A DNA stretch of 64,000 nucleotides from Candidatus Hydrogenedentota bacterium. Lineage in GTDB: Bacteria; Hydrogenedentota; Hydrogenedentia; Hydrogenedentales; SLHB01. The translations under genes were made by a program, and so were the position numbers. The DNA is taken from NCBI GenBank assembly GCA_045863335.1, contig BTVY01000006.1, positions 32,001 to 96,000 on the forward strand, in the 5' to 3' direction. The notes under the pieces are model-generated. The model was not told where the DNA came from. It did not search any database and worked only from the letters and a program-made list of their open reading frames with translations. Position 1 is the first letter of the stretch. The number at the start of each line of letters is the position of its first letter. Below, one piece after another: positions 1-9,696 of the stretch.

Positions 1-462
1 ATTCTCGCAGGCTGCATCGGGCTCATGTGGCTCCGGGGGTACCGCCTGAGGCGCTCGTGGCGCAAGGGTATCGAGGCTCTGGAAGCCGGGGACATGCAAA
101 CCGCGGCAGCATGGCTACAGTCCTGCGTGAAGCAGTCGCCTTCTTGGGTGCCGGCCCGGCGATTGCTCGGACGGGCCTTGGTCGCGTCGGGCTGTTTCGA
201 GGAGGCAGAGAAACATCTGCGCTTGGCTGCGCAGTTTGAACCGCGCGACGCGGAGGGGTATCTGGAACTGGCGATGTTTCTGGCCAATTGTCCACCGGTG
301 CGGTTGGAAGAAGCCATCGATCAGCTTGCTAAGGCGATGGAATATGCCCCGCGATTGCGGCAAGAGGCGGACCGGATGCCGCAATTGGCGCCGTTGCGGG
401 ATCATCCACGTTGGGCAGAACTCGCCGGTGAAGTGGTGCCGAATCGCGCAAGTTCACAGTAG
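1..462 (+). CDS. Tetratricopeptide-repeat protein (possibly 5'-partial)
   Basis: Helical TPR-like pattern (ARRLLGRALVASGCFEEAEKHLRLAAQFEP; EEAIDQLAKAMEYAP). The frame is open from base 1, so the true start may lie upstream of ATG 25. Confidence 0.75.
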   Translation: MLAGCIGLMWLRGYRLRRSWRKGIEALEAGDMQTAAAWLQSCVKQSPSWVPARRLLGRALVASGCFEEAEKHLRLAAQFEPRDAEGYLELAMFLANCPPVRLEEAIDQLAKAMEYAPRLRQEADRMPQLAPLRDHPRWAELAGEVVPNRASSQ

Positions 463-472
463 GGCGTCGAGC

Positions 473-1768
473 CTACTGGAGGAATTCGAGCAAGACCTCG
501 ACCGGAATCCCCAACACGCCCGCAACCAGCACCGACGTAAGCGCTTTAAGGACCGTGGTCACACCTAAGTACGCCACGTAGTCGATGAATTCGAACTCGT
601 AGAGGGCGTGTAGAATAAAATAGGCCGTGATGAGTCCGATACACGGGCAACTAAACAAGACCGACACGCCGACGCCAACCAGACCCGCGCTCACGAAGTC
701 TTTTAGAAACTCCTCGTTCGGGAGTTTCTTCACAAGCAAGAGAGTCAGATACATGCCGGTTGCCGATTCGAGAAGAAGCAGTACAACGACAATGGCGAGT
801 TGAGCGATGGTGAACTGGGTAAAGTCGACCATCTCCTCGACCTTGAGGTCCAGGGGCTGAATCGCGTTGTAGAATTCCTGAGCACTGACATAGCCCGATT
901 GACGGTACACCTCGCCGGTCCAGGAGTCTTCGACGATGGTCGTTGGAACTTCGGTTACTTCATACCATGACGTGTTTTCGGGATCGGCTTCAATATCGAT
1001 CCGCACGCAGGTCCAGCCGTTGACCAAATGGGCGATGCTGGGTTCCTTCCAGGTGTCCTGCATCATTTGGGTCGCGGCTTCGCTCTCGGAGCTGTAGAAA
1101 AAGTACAGGGTAGGCGCGATCTTGTCGTAGGACGCGTTCATGGCGGTGTCATAAAAATTGAACCAATAGATTTCCTGCGGTGCAGCAGCGGGATCGCCCG
1201 CCGTTTGCGTTGCCGTCCCGCCTCCGCTGTCGGTCGATCCGCCGTCTTTACCGAAGAACAAAGGCAGCGCGATAAGCGCCAGGAGCAAGACCCCGCCGGC
1301 CACGCCGAGGCCGATGTAGAGCGGCTTGCGGTTCGGTTCCGCCAACGTCGGGGGAGGGGCCGCGTCCGGCTTCGGTGCGAAGAGATCTCCTAGACCCATG
1401 GGGTCTGCGCCGCCCGTTCCGATCGGGCCCATGCTCAGGTCCATCGGATTGAACGCGACGTCCTGACCGGGGGCGTTCGGGGTGAATACCGGCGGGGGCG
1501 GGACCGGGGATGTGGAAGCCGCGAGTTTCTGCAGGATCTTGTCCGCCCGAGGATCGTTATACATCGACTTGAGCTTCAGGCAGATTTCGTGGGCTTCCTT
1601 GGGACGCCCCAGTTTCATCAGACAAAGCGCCCGCGGATACATGACATTCTTCGCGTCGGGAAACGCCGTGTCGAGCTTATCGAGTACCGTTAACGCTTCG
1701 GTGTAACGCTTGTCGCGGAACAACTCATCCGCGAGCTTGAACTTTCGTTGAGCCTCGCTGGAGTCCAT
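473..1768 (-). CDS. Membrane protein: N-terminal TPR, Pro-rich linker, TM helix, thioredoxin-like domain without CxxC, C-terminal multi-TM domain
   Basis: TPR-like N-terminus; hydrophobic IGLGVAGGVLLLALIALPLFF; thioredoxin-fold-like 'PTLYFFYSSES...CVRIDIEAD...YEVTEVPTTIV'; hydrophobic C-terminus. Confidence 0.7.
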   Translation of the reverse strand: MDSSEAQRKFKLADELFRDKRYTEALTVLDKLDTAFPDAKNVMYPRALCLMKLGRPKEAHEICLKLKSMYNDPRADKILQKLAASTSPVPPPPVFTPNAPGQDVAFNPMDLSMGPIGTGGADPMGLGDLFAPKPDAAPPPTLAEPNRKPLYIGLGVAGGVLLLALIALPLFFGKDGGSTDSGGGTATQTAGDPAAAPQEIYWFNFYDTAMNASYDKIAPTLYFFYSSESEAATQMMQDTWKEPSIAHLVNGWTCVRIDIEADPENTSWYEVTEVPTTIVEDSWTGEVYRQSGYVSAQEFYNAIQPLDLKVEEMVDFTQFTIAQLAIVVVLLLLESATGMYLTLLLVKKLPNEEFLKDFVSAGLVGVGVSVLFSCPCIGLITAYFILHALYEFEFIDYVAYLGVTTVLKALTSVLVAGVLGIPVEVLLEFLQ

Positions 1769-1791
1769 ACAGGTATCCCCATAACCCCTTG

Positions 1792-1821
1792 CACTTGCCC
1801 GTTGATTCTAACGGACAAGTG
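1792..1821. promoter_or_regulatory. Imperfect palindrome between divergent genes (possible operator)
   Basis: cacttgcccgtt-gattct-aacggacaagtg: 12-bp arms with one mismatch. Confidence 0.3.
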
Positions 1822-1908
1822 TCGAAATGTCACTTTGCGCTAATTTCGTACCGAAACCGCAGGTTCCTGTGATACATTCAGTCCCGGAGCATCTGGATAC
1901 TGCCCGCT

Positions 1909-4395
1909 ATGAAGTTCCTCAGACGCCTCGCAAAATGGTTCGCGGTAACCGTGGTCCTGCTCGTCACGAGTGGGGCTGTCGCCGTCGTCTATCTCGCGAA
2001 CTCGCGCTTGCCCGAACTGGAGGGGACGGTGATCCACCCGTCCCTGCACGGGGAAGTTCGAGTTGTGCGCGATAGCGTTGGGGTCCCCCACATCGCTGCC
2101 GGGAACGAGCCGGATGCGTACTTCGCCCTTGGGTATTGCATGGCCCAGGACCGGTTGTTCCAGATGGAGTTGATGCGGCGGCTTGCGCGGGGCGAACTGG
2201 CGGAGGTGGCCGGACCGCCCGCGCTGCCGATCGACCGGGCCGTTCGCGCGTTTCGACTGCGGGCGAAAGCCGAAGCGTACTTTGCCGATTCGGGCGCGCA
2301 GCCGCCCGAGTTGACCGCGCTGATGGACGCCTATCTCGCGGGGGTGAACGCCTTCATCGCAGAAGGTCCGATACCATTCGAGTTGATCGTGCTCGGTGTA
2401 GACGTTCGGCCCTTTACGAAAGTCGATTGCCTGGCGGTGGCGGCCATCCTGCCGATAACCTTCGCGGACGGCATCCGCGGCGATCCGTTGGTTACGATGT
2501 TGAAAGCAAAACACCCGGACCTGGATATCGACGCGTTGTTCCCCGGGTACACGCTCGAAACGCCGGTCACCATCATGGAGACCCTCGAGGAAGCGGCCGC
2601 GTATCTGGAGTCCCACCGGGAGGAAGATAAGGCAGACGAGCCGATCCGCTACGAAGCATCGTTGTCCGTTGTGAACGAATGGTTGACGATATTCGGCGCG
2701 ATCTCGCAGCGGTTCGGTCCGGCCATGGGGAGTAATTCCTGGGTGCTGGCGCCGTCGCGTACGCAATCGGGCGAAGCGATTCTCGCCAACGATCCGCACA
2801 TTGCATTTTCCAACCCCAGCATTTTGTATGAAGCGCATCTCAAGTACGGCGACTTCGAGAACTACGGATTTCATTTGCCTCCCATTCCGATTCCCCTGAT
2901 GGGCCACAACCGGCAACGCGCCTGGGCGCTGACCATGACCGCGCAGGACGACACGGACTTCTACCTCGAACGGTTCCACCCCGACGACCCGGACAAGGTG
3001 ATGTACAAAGGCGAATGGGTGGATGTGGAAACGGCGACGGAAACGATTAAGGTTCGTTTCTCCGACAATGTGGAATGCCGGGTGCGGGTCACGCCGCATG
3101 GTCCCGTGCTCAACGATTTCCTCAAAGCGTACCACGGTTACGACGACGCGCCCGTGTCCTTGTCGTGGATCTGGCAACACCTGCCATATACCGACATTAC
3201 CGCGTTCTACCGTATGGGGCACGCGCAGAATTGCGAGAACTTCGGCGAGGCGGTCTCCCTGATCACCTCGCCCGGCATGAATATCAGTTTCGCCGATGCG
3301 GATGGCAACATCGCGTGGTGGGCGACGGGCAAGATTCCGATTCGTCCGGACGGTATGAACAGCAAACAGATTCTCGACGGCGCGTCGGGTAGAGACGAAA
3401 TCCTGGGCTACCTGCCTTTCGACCAGAATCCTCACTTGAAGAACCCCGACTGTGGATTCATCGCGTCGGCGAACAACAAGCCCACCGTCAAGCCGGTCGG
3501 TGCGGTGAAGGACATACAAGGCTATTGGCAACCTACCGATCGCGCGGGACGCATCGAGGAGTTGGTGAGCGCGCGCGCGGACTGGACGGTAGAAGCGCTC
3601 AAGGTCGTGCAGTTTGACGACACGAGCCGGGCAGGTCCGGAAGTGGTGACGCAACTTGTGGATGTCGTAGACGCGCAACGCGTGCTGTTGACGCCCTGGG
3701 AGCAAGACGTGCTCGACCGGTTGAAGGCGTGGGACTTCCGGCACGACGTGGATTCCGTGGGCGCCACGATCTACGAGCATCTCAACGCGGCAATCCTCAA
3801 ACGCGCGTTGACCGACGAGATGGGGGTCGATCTCTTCAAAGTCTACGCCACCCTCGCGGATCACTGGCACTTCTACAAGCACTTCATCGGCGACGAGGCG
3901 TCACCCTTCTGGGATGATGTGACCACGATAGAACGAGAGCAACGCCCCGAGATCGTGCTGGCGGCGTTCAAAGACATGACGCGCAGGCTGACGCGGCATC
4001 TCGGCGGGGACGTGTCGCGCTGGACCTGGGGCCGCGCGCACACGATGGAGTTCAAACACCCCTTCGGCTATCTGCCGGTGCTCGATCGGATCTTTAATGT
4101 GGGACCGTATCCCGCGTCAGGCGGCGCGCAGGTGCTGAATAACATGCTCTACGACTTCGCGCAGGATGAATTCACCGTCATCGCCGGCCCGGCCACGCGA
4201 CGGCTCATCGACTTCGCCTCACCGGAAGACGCACAGGTCATCCTGCCCACCGGCAACTCCGGCAACTTCATGAGCCCCCATTACGGCGACCAAGCCGAAC
4301 GCTTCATGAACGGCGAATACCGCCGCGCCTTGCTGGATGCCGAGGACATCGAGCTGGATAAGGCCCACGAGCTGCGTTTTGTGCCTGGGGAGTGA
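1909..4395 (+). CDS. Penicillin acylase family Ntn-hydrolase (peptidase S45)
   Basis: GVPHI and AQDRLFQM motifs; autoproteolysis nucleophile GSNSWV; LANDPHI; SANN; C-terminal GNSG..SPHYGDQ; N-terminal membrane anchor. Confidence 0.93.
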   Translation: MKFLRRLAKWFAVTVVLLVTSGAVAVVYLANSRLPELEGTVIHPSLHGEVRVVRDSVGVPHIAAGNEPDAYFALGYCMAQDRLFQMELMRRLARGELAEVAGPPALPIDRAVRAFRLRAKAEAYFADSGAQPPELTALMDAYLAGVNAFIAEGPIPFELIVLGVDVRPFTKVDCLAVAAILPITFADGIRGDPLVTMLKAKHPDLDIDALFPGYTLETPVTIMETLEEAAAYLESHREEDKADEPIRYEASLSVVNEWLTIFGAISQRFGPAMGSNSWVLAPSRTQSGEAILANDPHIAFSNPSILYEAHLKYGDFENYGFHLPPIPIPLMGHNRQRAWALTMTAQDDTDFYLERFHPDDPDKVMYKGEWVDVETATETIKVRFSDNVECRVRVTPHGPVLNDFLKAYHGYDDAPVSLSWIWQHLPYTDITAFYRMGHAQNCENFGEAVSLITSPGMNISFADADGNIAWWATGKIPIRPDGMNSKQILDGASGRDEILGYLPFDQNPHLKNPDCGFIASANNKPTVKPVGAVKDIQGYWQPTDRAGRIEELVSARADWTVEALKVVQFDDTSRAGPEVVTQLVDVVDAQRVLLTPWEQDVLDRLKAWDFRHDVDSVGATIYEHLNAAILKRALTDEMGVDLFKVYATLADHWHFYKHFIGDEASPFWDDVTTIEREQRPEIVLAAFKDMTRRLTRHLGGDVSRWTWGRAHTMEFKHPFGYLPVLDRIFNVGPYPASGGAQVLNNMLYDFAQDEFTVIAGPATRRLIDFASPEDAQVILPTGNSGNFMSPHYGDQAERFMNGEYRRALLDAEDIELDKAHELRFVPGE

Positions 4396-4401
4396 TTGAC
4401 G

Positions 4402-4478
4402 AATGTAGCGCAGGCGTCCTCGCCTGCATTCTGAAGGACGTTAACACAAGATGCAGGCGAGGACGCCTGCGCTACATT
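4402..4478. repeat. GTAG-type REP inverted-repeat doublet, also a likely bidirectional terminator
   Basis: aatgtagcgcaggcgtcctcgcctgcat (4402-4429) and its exact reverse complement (4451-4478) between convergent genes. Confidence 0.85.
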
Positions 4479-4500
4479 TCAACGTCGGTCCCTCATTCAC

Positions 4501-7500
4501 CTACGGATAGATCGATTCAGGCGGCGCGCCTTCGAATTTCAGCCAAGTGACGCAGTGGTTGCCGGTTTGGCCGGCGCTGGAGAGGTCGCAGACGCGGAGC
4601 GTCGTTCCGTCGGCCATGGGGATGGACATGAGACTCCAGGGCGCGATGGGGCCGTCCCACGTTTCGGGCGTAAAGACCAGCGCCTTCCAGTCCACGGGCG
4701 GCAGCGCCCCGGGGTCGACGTCGTTGTAGCGCGCGTCGTAGGCGTACAAGAGCGGACCGCGGTACACGGAGAGTTTGCCTTCGTAAGCTTCCGCGCCAAC
4801 CCAGTAGCGCGGCGTGAAGTCGAGGGACAATTCGATCCGGTCGCCGGTCTTCCATTCTCGGTTCAAGGCTAGATAGGTGCCCGGCTTGACCCCGCCGACC
4901 GCCTCGCCGTTTACCGTTACCTCTGTGTTTGTCGACCATCCCGGGATGCGCAGGCGCAGCGTGAAAGCTTCCGGCTTCTCCGTGACGACGGCGATCTGAA
5001 CGCGACCGTTGCGCGGATAGTCCGTGTCCTGCGTGAGCGTGATCGTGTTTCCGGAAGGCAGTGTCGCGGCGTAGGCGCCGGGTCCGTAAAAGTTCAGTGC
5101 GAGCCCTTCTGCATGCTGCATGAGCGCCCATTGGCCGATCATGCCGAGGGGCCGGTTCGCGTTCACTGCGCAGCAGTTGAGATCGGGTCCCGCCTTGGGC
5201 GCTTGCCAGGGCAGTTCGACCCCGAAGACGCGGGTGCCGTCCATGGGCACGTTGTAGGCGCAGGCGCGGCCGCTATAGGGAATCGCGCCGAGCGCGCTGT
5301 TCAGCGTGCTCCATTCGATCTCGTCGGCCACGGTGGAATCGCCCGTCATGCGGAGCATGTCGACGGACATGGCGATCCAGGCCACCGTGCAGCAGGTCTC
5401 GATCGCGCCCTGATGATACGGCGTGCCGGTGAAGCCTTCGCCAGAGGTGATGCCGCCGGTGTTGTGGCGGTCGCCCGCGAGGCAACTGTGCCAGATGTGT
5501 TCGAATGCTTTCCGGTACTGTTCGTCGCCGGTGAGCCAATACAACTCGGCGAGGGCCTGCCAATCGTGAATGGCCTCCCAACGGTGTTGCGGAAATTCGA
5601 TGACGGGACGGCCCGCGAGGGCGGATTCAAGGTAGCGCCCCGCACCGGGTTCGTTCCACGCGTCGTGGACGATGTACTTCGCGAGGTCGAGGTACCGCGG
5701 CACGCCGGTCTTCTTGTAGAGCAACACCAGCGCATGGCACACGGCCATGTTCATCTGGCCGCCCGCACCGTCGTTGGTCAAGGTGGGACCGCCTGGACCA
5801 AAGGTTTCGAACAGCAGATCGGCGGCCTTTTCGCAGGCATCTAGCGCGGGCTCGTAGGCGGTGTCTTCGTAATAGAGCATCAATCCGAGCATGCAATGGT
5901 AATGCCCCCACACGTCCCAGTTGCCGCCGATGAGCCGTGACGATTCGGGGAAGGGCCCGAGGTAGCCGTTATCCGCCTGGCACGCAATGAGGTCGGCGAC
6001 GAACGAGTCGATGCGTTCTTTCAGCGCCGGGTCCTGTGTCAGGCGCCACGTGAGCTGCGCGCAGGTCAGGTATTTGCCCGCGAACTCGCCCGCCCACGGC
6101 ACCAGCGGATCGCGCACCGGCGTTTTGTCGCGGTCACGGAAGACTTGCAGGATCGCGGGGCTCGACTCCGGAGTTTCGAGCAAGTACCGTTGAATGGCCT
6201 TGTCGATGCGCGTGCGGAGATACCCTTGCAGGTTGTACTGCGCGGCGGGGATTGAATTGAGCGCAGGCGCGACGGCATCCGCAGGGGGTGCTTGGGCGGG
6301 CGTGTCCCAATCGTAGAAAGTCAACGAACGGCGTACGCCCGCCGGCGCTTCTCCGACCGCGCTCGTCGCCGTAACGGTCCACCACAGGGCCGTGGGTGCG
6401 TCGCTACGGCTCAAGAACATGGAAGTCGCCGTGCCCGCGTCGATCGCGAGGGCAGGTTCGTTCGCGTCCGCGCTCGCGTACAACGCGACTTGATACGACT
6501 CCGCGGCCGCGGATGGCGACCATTGGAGCGTCACGCCGTCGCGGCTCCGCGTCTGGAATCCATCAGCGGGACCGAGCAGCCGGAAACCTCCGGGCGGCGG
6601 ATCGGGTTCGCCATGCGCCTGCGGCGGACCGAGCACCGTGAAGAGCCCGCGTTCGCCGAGGGTGCCGGTCTCCGCGCGAATCCACGCGTCCGAGCGGGCG
6701 GACGTGGCGATGCGGACTTCGTCGATCTCACCGTGGAATTGCCAGGGATCGAAATGCAGCAGACCCCTCCCAATGCGAATCTCGTCTACGTTCAACGCGC
6801 CCGGCAAGGCCGAATCGCGTTCCAGCACAACCCCGTCCACGGCGATGGTGCGTGTATGGTTGGCGGCATCGTAGACCACGGCGGCCGCGTGCCAGGATTC
6901 CGTGTCGATGCTCTCCACGTTGAGTTCCGGCGCGCGCTGGCCGTGGCTCGTCGCGTTGGTGTGGACCGTACCGGGAACTTTCAATCCGAAGTTGAACCAT
7001 TCCTCGGGGCCCTCTGAGCGGTTACCCGAGGCAAGCGTCTGCAAATCCGGGCCCTCCTGCACGCGGAACCGCATCGTGATAGTCACGGCGTCGCCGATTC
7101 CTTTGACGGCGTCAGCGTCGAGTCGGAGATATCCAGTTTCTTGCGAGAACTGCGCGTGGTCCGCAAAACCTACGGAACCCTCCAATTGAGCTTTGGTTGA
7201 GTTCTTGGTGGCGTCGGACTCATCGCCTGCGAGATGGAATACCGCCCGATACGCTTCGTCCCATACGAAACCGCCTCGTTGCGCGGCGGCATCAGCGTTT
7301 CCGTAGTAAAGGTAGAAGTACTGGCCAGGCGCTCGCGCCGCAATGCGCGGCACCCGGACGTGGATCTCCTGCATCGTCGCGTCCCAACGAACGGTCTCGT
7401 AGTCCAGTGCGTAGCCGCGCGGATCGATAATTCGCAAGTCCTTCCCGTTGTCGGCGGCGTGGTCGTGAATCCCGAGATCGGGACCCAGCCGGAGACTCAC

Positions 7501-7647
7501 TGGGAAATCGACGAGATCCGATTCCAGGATCGAGGCGTCGAGATCGACGCGAATGCGATGGCCCCATTGAGCGTCCCACCAATCGGTCGCCGCGGCGGCT
7601 GTCCCGCAGCAGAACGCAAGAACCAGGATCGAAACCGTTGTGCGCAT
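4501..7647 (-). CDS. Secreted GH127-like beta-L-arabinofuranosidase with N-terminal DUF2341 and LamG/ConA-like domains
   Basis: Signal peptide; DUF2341-like 'LVDFPV...GKDLR...YFYLYYGN'; LamG-like 'FHGEIDEVRI...RSDAWI'; GH127 motifs GEFAGKYL, ETCCTVAW, CCAVN, TDYP, LRLRIPGW, RGPLLY. ATG 7647 chosen for its GAGGGGAG SD. Confidence 0.85.
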   Translation of the reverse strand: MRTTVSILVLAFCCGTAAAATDWWDAQWGHRIRVDLDASILESDLVDFPVSLRLGPDLGIHDHAADNGKDLRIIDPRGYALDYETVRWDATMQEIHVRVPRIAARAPGQYFYLYYGNADAAAQRGGFVWDEAYRAVFHLAGDESDATKNSTKAQLEGSVGFADHAQFSQETGYLRLDADAVKGIGDAVTITMRFRVQEGPDLQTLASGNRSEGPEEWFNFGLKVPGTVHTNATSHGQRAPELNVESIDTESWHAAAVVYDAANHTRTIAVDGVVLERDSALPGALNVDEIRIGRGLLHFDPWQFHGEIDEVRIATSARSDAWIRAETGTLGERGLFTVLGPPQAHGEPDPPPGGFRLLGPADGFQTRSRDGVTLQWSPSAAAESYQVALYASADANEPALAIDAGTATSMFLSRSDAPTALWWTVTATSAVGEAPAGVRRSLTFYDWDTPAQAPPADAVAPALNSIPAAQYNLQGYLRTRIDKAIQRYLLETPESSPAILQVFRDRDKTPVRDPLVPWAGEFAGKYLTCAQLTWRLTQDPALKERIDSFVADLIACQADNGYLGPFPESSRLIGGNWDVWGHYHCMLGLMLYYEDTAYEPALDACEKAADLLFETFGPGGPTLTNDGAGGQMNMAVCHALVLLYKKTGVPRYLDLAKYIVHDAWNEPGAGRYLESALAGRPVIEFPQHRWEAIHDWQALAELYWLTGDEQYRKAFEHIWHSCLAGDRHNTGGITSGEGFTGTPYHQGAIETCCTVAWIAMSVDMLRMTGDSTVADEIEWSTLNSALGAIPYSGRACAYNVPMDGTRVFGVELPWQAPKAGPDLNCCAVNANRPLGMIGQWALMQHAEGLALNFYGPGAYAATLPSGNTITLTQDTDYPRNGRVQIAVVTEKPEAFTLRLRIPGWSTNTEVTVNGEAVGGVKPGTYLALNREWKTGDRIELSLDFTPRYWVGAEAYEGKLSVYRGPLLYAYDARYNDVDPGALPPVDWKALVFTPETWDGPIAPWSLMSIPMADGTTLRVCDLSSAGQTGNHCVTWLKFEGAPPESIYP

Positions 7648-7870
7648 GCTCGCTCCCCTCACCGTGATTGCCCCGAAGCGACCGAATGGGGCGGCCTGCT
7701 GCCCTACTGCCCGGTACCAACTATAGGCTCGGCCACGTGATGGCGCAAGGAGAACTCGCTTCCGTCACCCTCGCGAACGCGGGGGCCCATCTTCAGGTTA
7801 CCGTGGCGACTGCACGTGGACATGAATTCCTGCCTGCACATGGGAATGGCAGGTCGCGCCAAATCCCGGC

Positions 7871-7900
7871 CGGCGAAGCGGGTTGGAAAACCCGCTCTCC
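7871..7900. repeat. REP-like palindrome (GCGGGTTGGAAAACCCGCTCTCC family)
   Basis: The same motif recurs at about 40725-40750. Confidence 0.7.
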
Positions 7901-7966
7901 TATCAGTGCGCATAAACCGGGACACAATGGGTTAGACTGTGGGCAAACGACAGGATACGCTTATAC

Positions 7967-7992
7967 GTCATCCTGAGCGCAGCGAAGGATCT
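7967..7992. repeat. GTCATCCTGAGCGCAGCGAAGGATCT short palindromic element
   Basis: atcct...aggat stem of a type I recognise as a widespread intergenic REP-like element; single copy in this window. Confidence 0.5.
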
Positions 7993-8054
7993 CTGACGCG
8001 GTTGTCTGTGCAAAAACAGTCGCGAGTCAATATCGTTATGACTCTACCGTGCCC

Positions 8055-8150
8055 AAAATCGGTATCGCTATCGGAATCGCTATCGGAATCGGGATCGAAA
8101 ACATCTCACGCGTCCGATACCGGTAGCGATCCCGATAGCGATAGCGATTT
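8055..8150. repeat. Hexamer (ATCGnn) tandem repeats arranged as an imperfect inverted repeat
   Basis: atcggt-atcgct-atcgga-atcgct-atcgga-atcggg-atcgaa, followed by cgatac..cgatcc-cgatag-cgatag-cgattt. Confidence 0.8.
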
Positions 8151-8167
8151 CAATGAAAGGCAGTCGC

Positions 8168-9514
8168 ATGCAGACACCGCTTGAGATGGTACCGGGAAAG
8201 ATCATCCGCGATCTGGGGGACGGCTACGTCCTCCGCTGGAGCACGCGGGCCGATGCGGACGCCGTGGGCGAATTGTCGGCTATCGTGTTTCACATCCCCG
8301 ACAGCGACCAGCCGAATCCCCGCGTGCACCGTTGGGCGGCTGACCTTTGCGGACGGCCGCATCCCACCATGGTTGAGGGTTGCGTTACCGTCGTGGAAGA
8401 TACCCGCGCGAAGCGTCTGGTCTCGTCCATGTGCCTCGTGCCGCAGACCTGGTGTTGCGAAGACCTCGCCTTTCCCGTGAGCCGGCCCGAGATCGTGGTC
8501 ACGCGGGAAGACTGCCGGCGGCGTGGGTTCGTGCGCGCCCAGTTCGAGGCCTTCCACGCCTGGAGCAAAGGGCGCGGCGACCGCATGCAGGCCATCACCG
8601 GGATTCCCTGGTACTACCGCCAGTTCGGGTATGAACTCGCCCTCGACCTCGGCGGCGGACGCCGCACACCCGTCGGCCTAATCCCCGCGCCGGACGCGAA
8701 GGCGGAGCGCCCCTACCGCACGCGCCGCGCCATGGCGAAAGACCTGCCCGCTCTCCGCGCCATCTACGAACACAACACGCGCAACCTGCTCTACACGCTC
8801 CAGTACGAGGACGCCGTCTGGCGCTACGACATCGACGGGCGCAGTCCCGACACGGGCGTCGCCAGCAACGTCGTCGAAACGGCGGACGGCGAAGTCATCG
8901 GCTGGTTCGTTCACCCATTCTGGAAATGGGCGGGGCGCATGCACTGCTACACCTTCTGGCTGCTGCCGGGTCATTCGTACCGCGCCGTGGCGCCCTATGT
9001 CGCCGAGGCGCTGCGCCACTTCGGGGAACACGACGCGCAAGGCAACGACGAGCCGGTGAAAACGTTGTTCTGGGAGTTGGGCGAACGGCACCCGCTCTAT
9101 GACGCCTACCCCAGGGAAATGGCCGACACCGTGCCGCCCTTCGCGTGGTACATCCGCGTGCCCGACATCCCCGGCTTCGTCGATTTCCTGCGCCCCGTCC
9201 TCGACCGCCGCCTGGAACAGTCCCCTTTCGCCGGCCACACCGGCACGCTCACCATCAACGGCTTCACCTGGGGTATGCGCCTCACCATCGACCGCGGCCG
9301 CGTCAACGCCGTCGCGCCGCACCTGATCGACGTGAGCAAAGAAGCCGCCGACGCCGACTTCCCCAACCTCACCTTCCTCATGGCCCTCATGGGCCGCCGC
9401 ACCCTCGACGAAATCAAACCCATCTACCCCGACTGCAACGCCAAAGACGAAGCGTATGGATTAATCAGCGCGCTGTTCCCAAAGCGGCCGTCGCGGGTGA
9501 TCGGGGTGGCGTGA
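8168..9514 (+). CDS. GNAT acetyltransferase, Eis-like (tandem GNAT plus SCP2-like C-terminus)
   Basis: Acetyl-CoA motif 'VVTREDCRRRGFVR' and 'GIPWYYRQFGYE'; about 450 aa. Alternative start at 8153. Confidence 0.8.
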   Translation: MQTPLEMVPGKIIRDLGDGYVLRWSTRADADAVGELSAIVFHIPDSDQPNPRVHRWAADLCGRPHPTMVEGCVTVVEDTRAKRLVSSMCLVPQTWCCEDLAFPVSRPEIVVTREDCRRRGFVRAQFEAFHAWSKGRGDRMQAITGIPWYYRQFGYELALDLGGGRRTPVGLIPAPDAKAERPYRTRRAMAKDLPALRAIYEHNTRNLLYTLQYEDAVWRYDIDGRSPDTGVASNVVETADGEVIGWFVHPFWKWAGRMHCYTFWLLPGHSYRAVAPYVAEALRHFGEHDAQGNDEPVKTLFWELGERHPLYDAYPREMADTVPPFAWYIRVPDIPGFVDFLRPVLDRRLEQSPFAGHTGTLTINGFTWGMRLTIDRGRVNAVAPHLIDVSKEAADADFPNLTFLMALMGRRTLDEIKPIYPDCNAKDEAYGLISALFPKRPSRVIGVA

Positions 9515-9696
9515 AGGGGAAAGTCGAACTCACAACACTATTCCCCATTAAATCGAAAATTGAAACACATGTTTCAGGTACCCCAACTCGACAATGGAAA
9601 ATTTTACAGCTAGAATCCGTCACGCAGTTCATTGGTGAGTACGCAAGCTCTAACCATTACGTTCGAGGGTCCACGCTATTGGGCGTAACATTGCAT

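Noticed and set aside
1840-3882. Long antisense ORFs (also 18650-20284, 41659-43173, 47182-48870, 50722-52374, 54164-55990)
   Set aside because: Shadow frames of well-supported genes on the other strand, as expected in high-GC DNA; no recognisable motifs.
7939-8184. Small ORF with Ser-Asp repeats (also 32387-32827 and 32715-32927)
   Set aside because: The SD/SE dipeptides are translations of the ATCGnn DNA repeat, not an adhesin-type SD-repeat protein.
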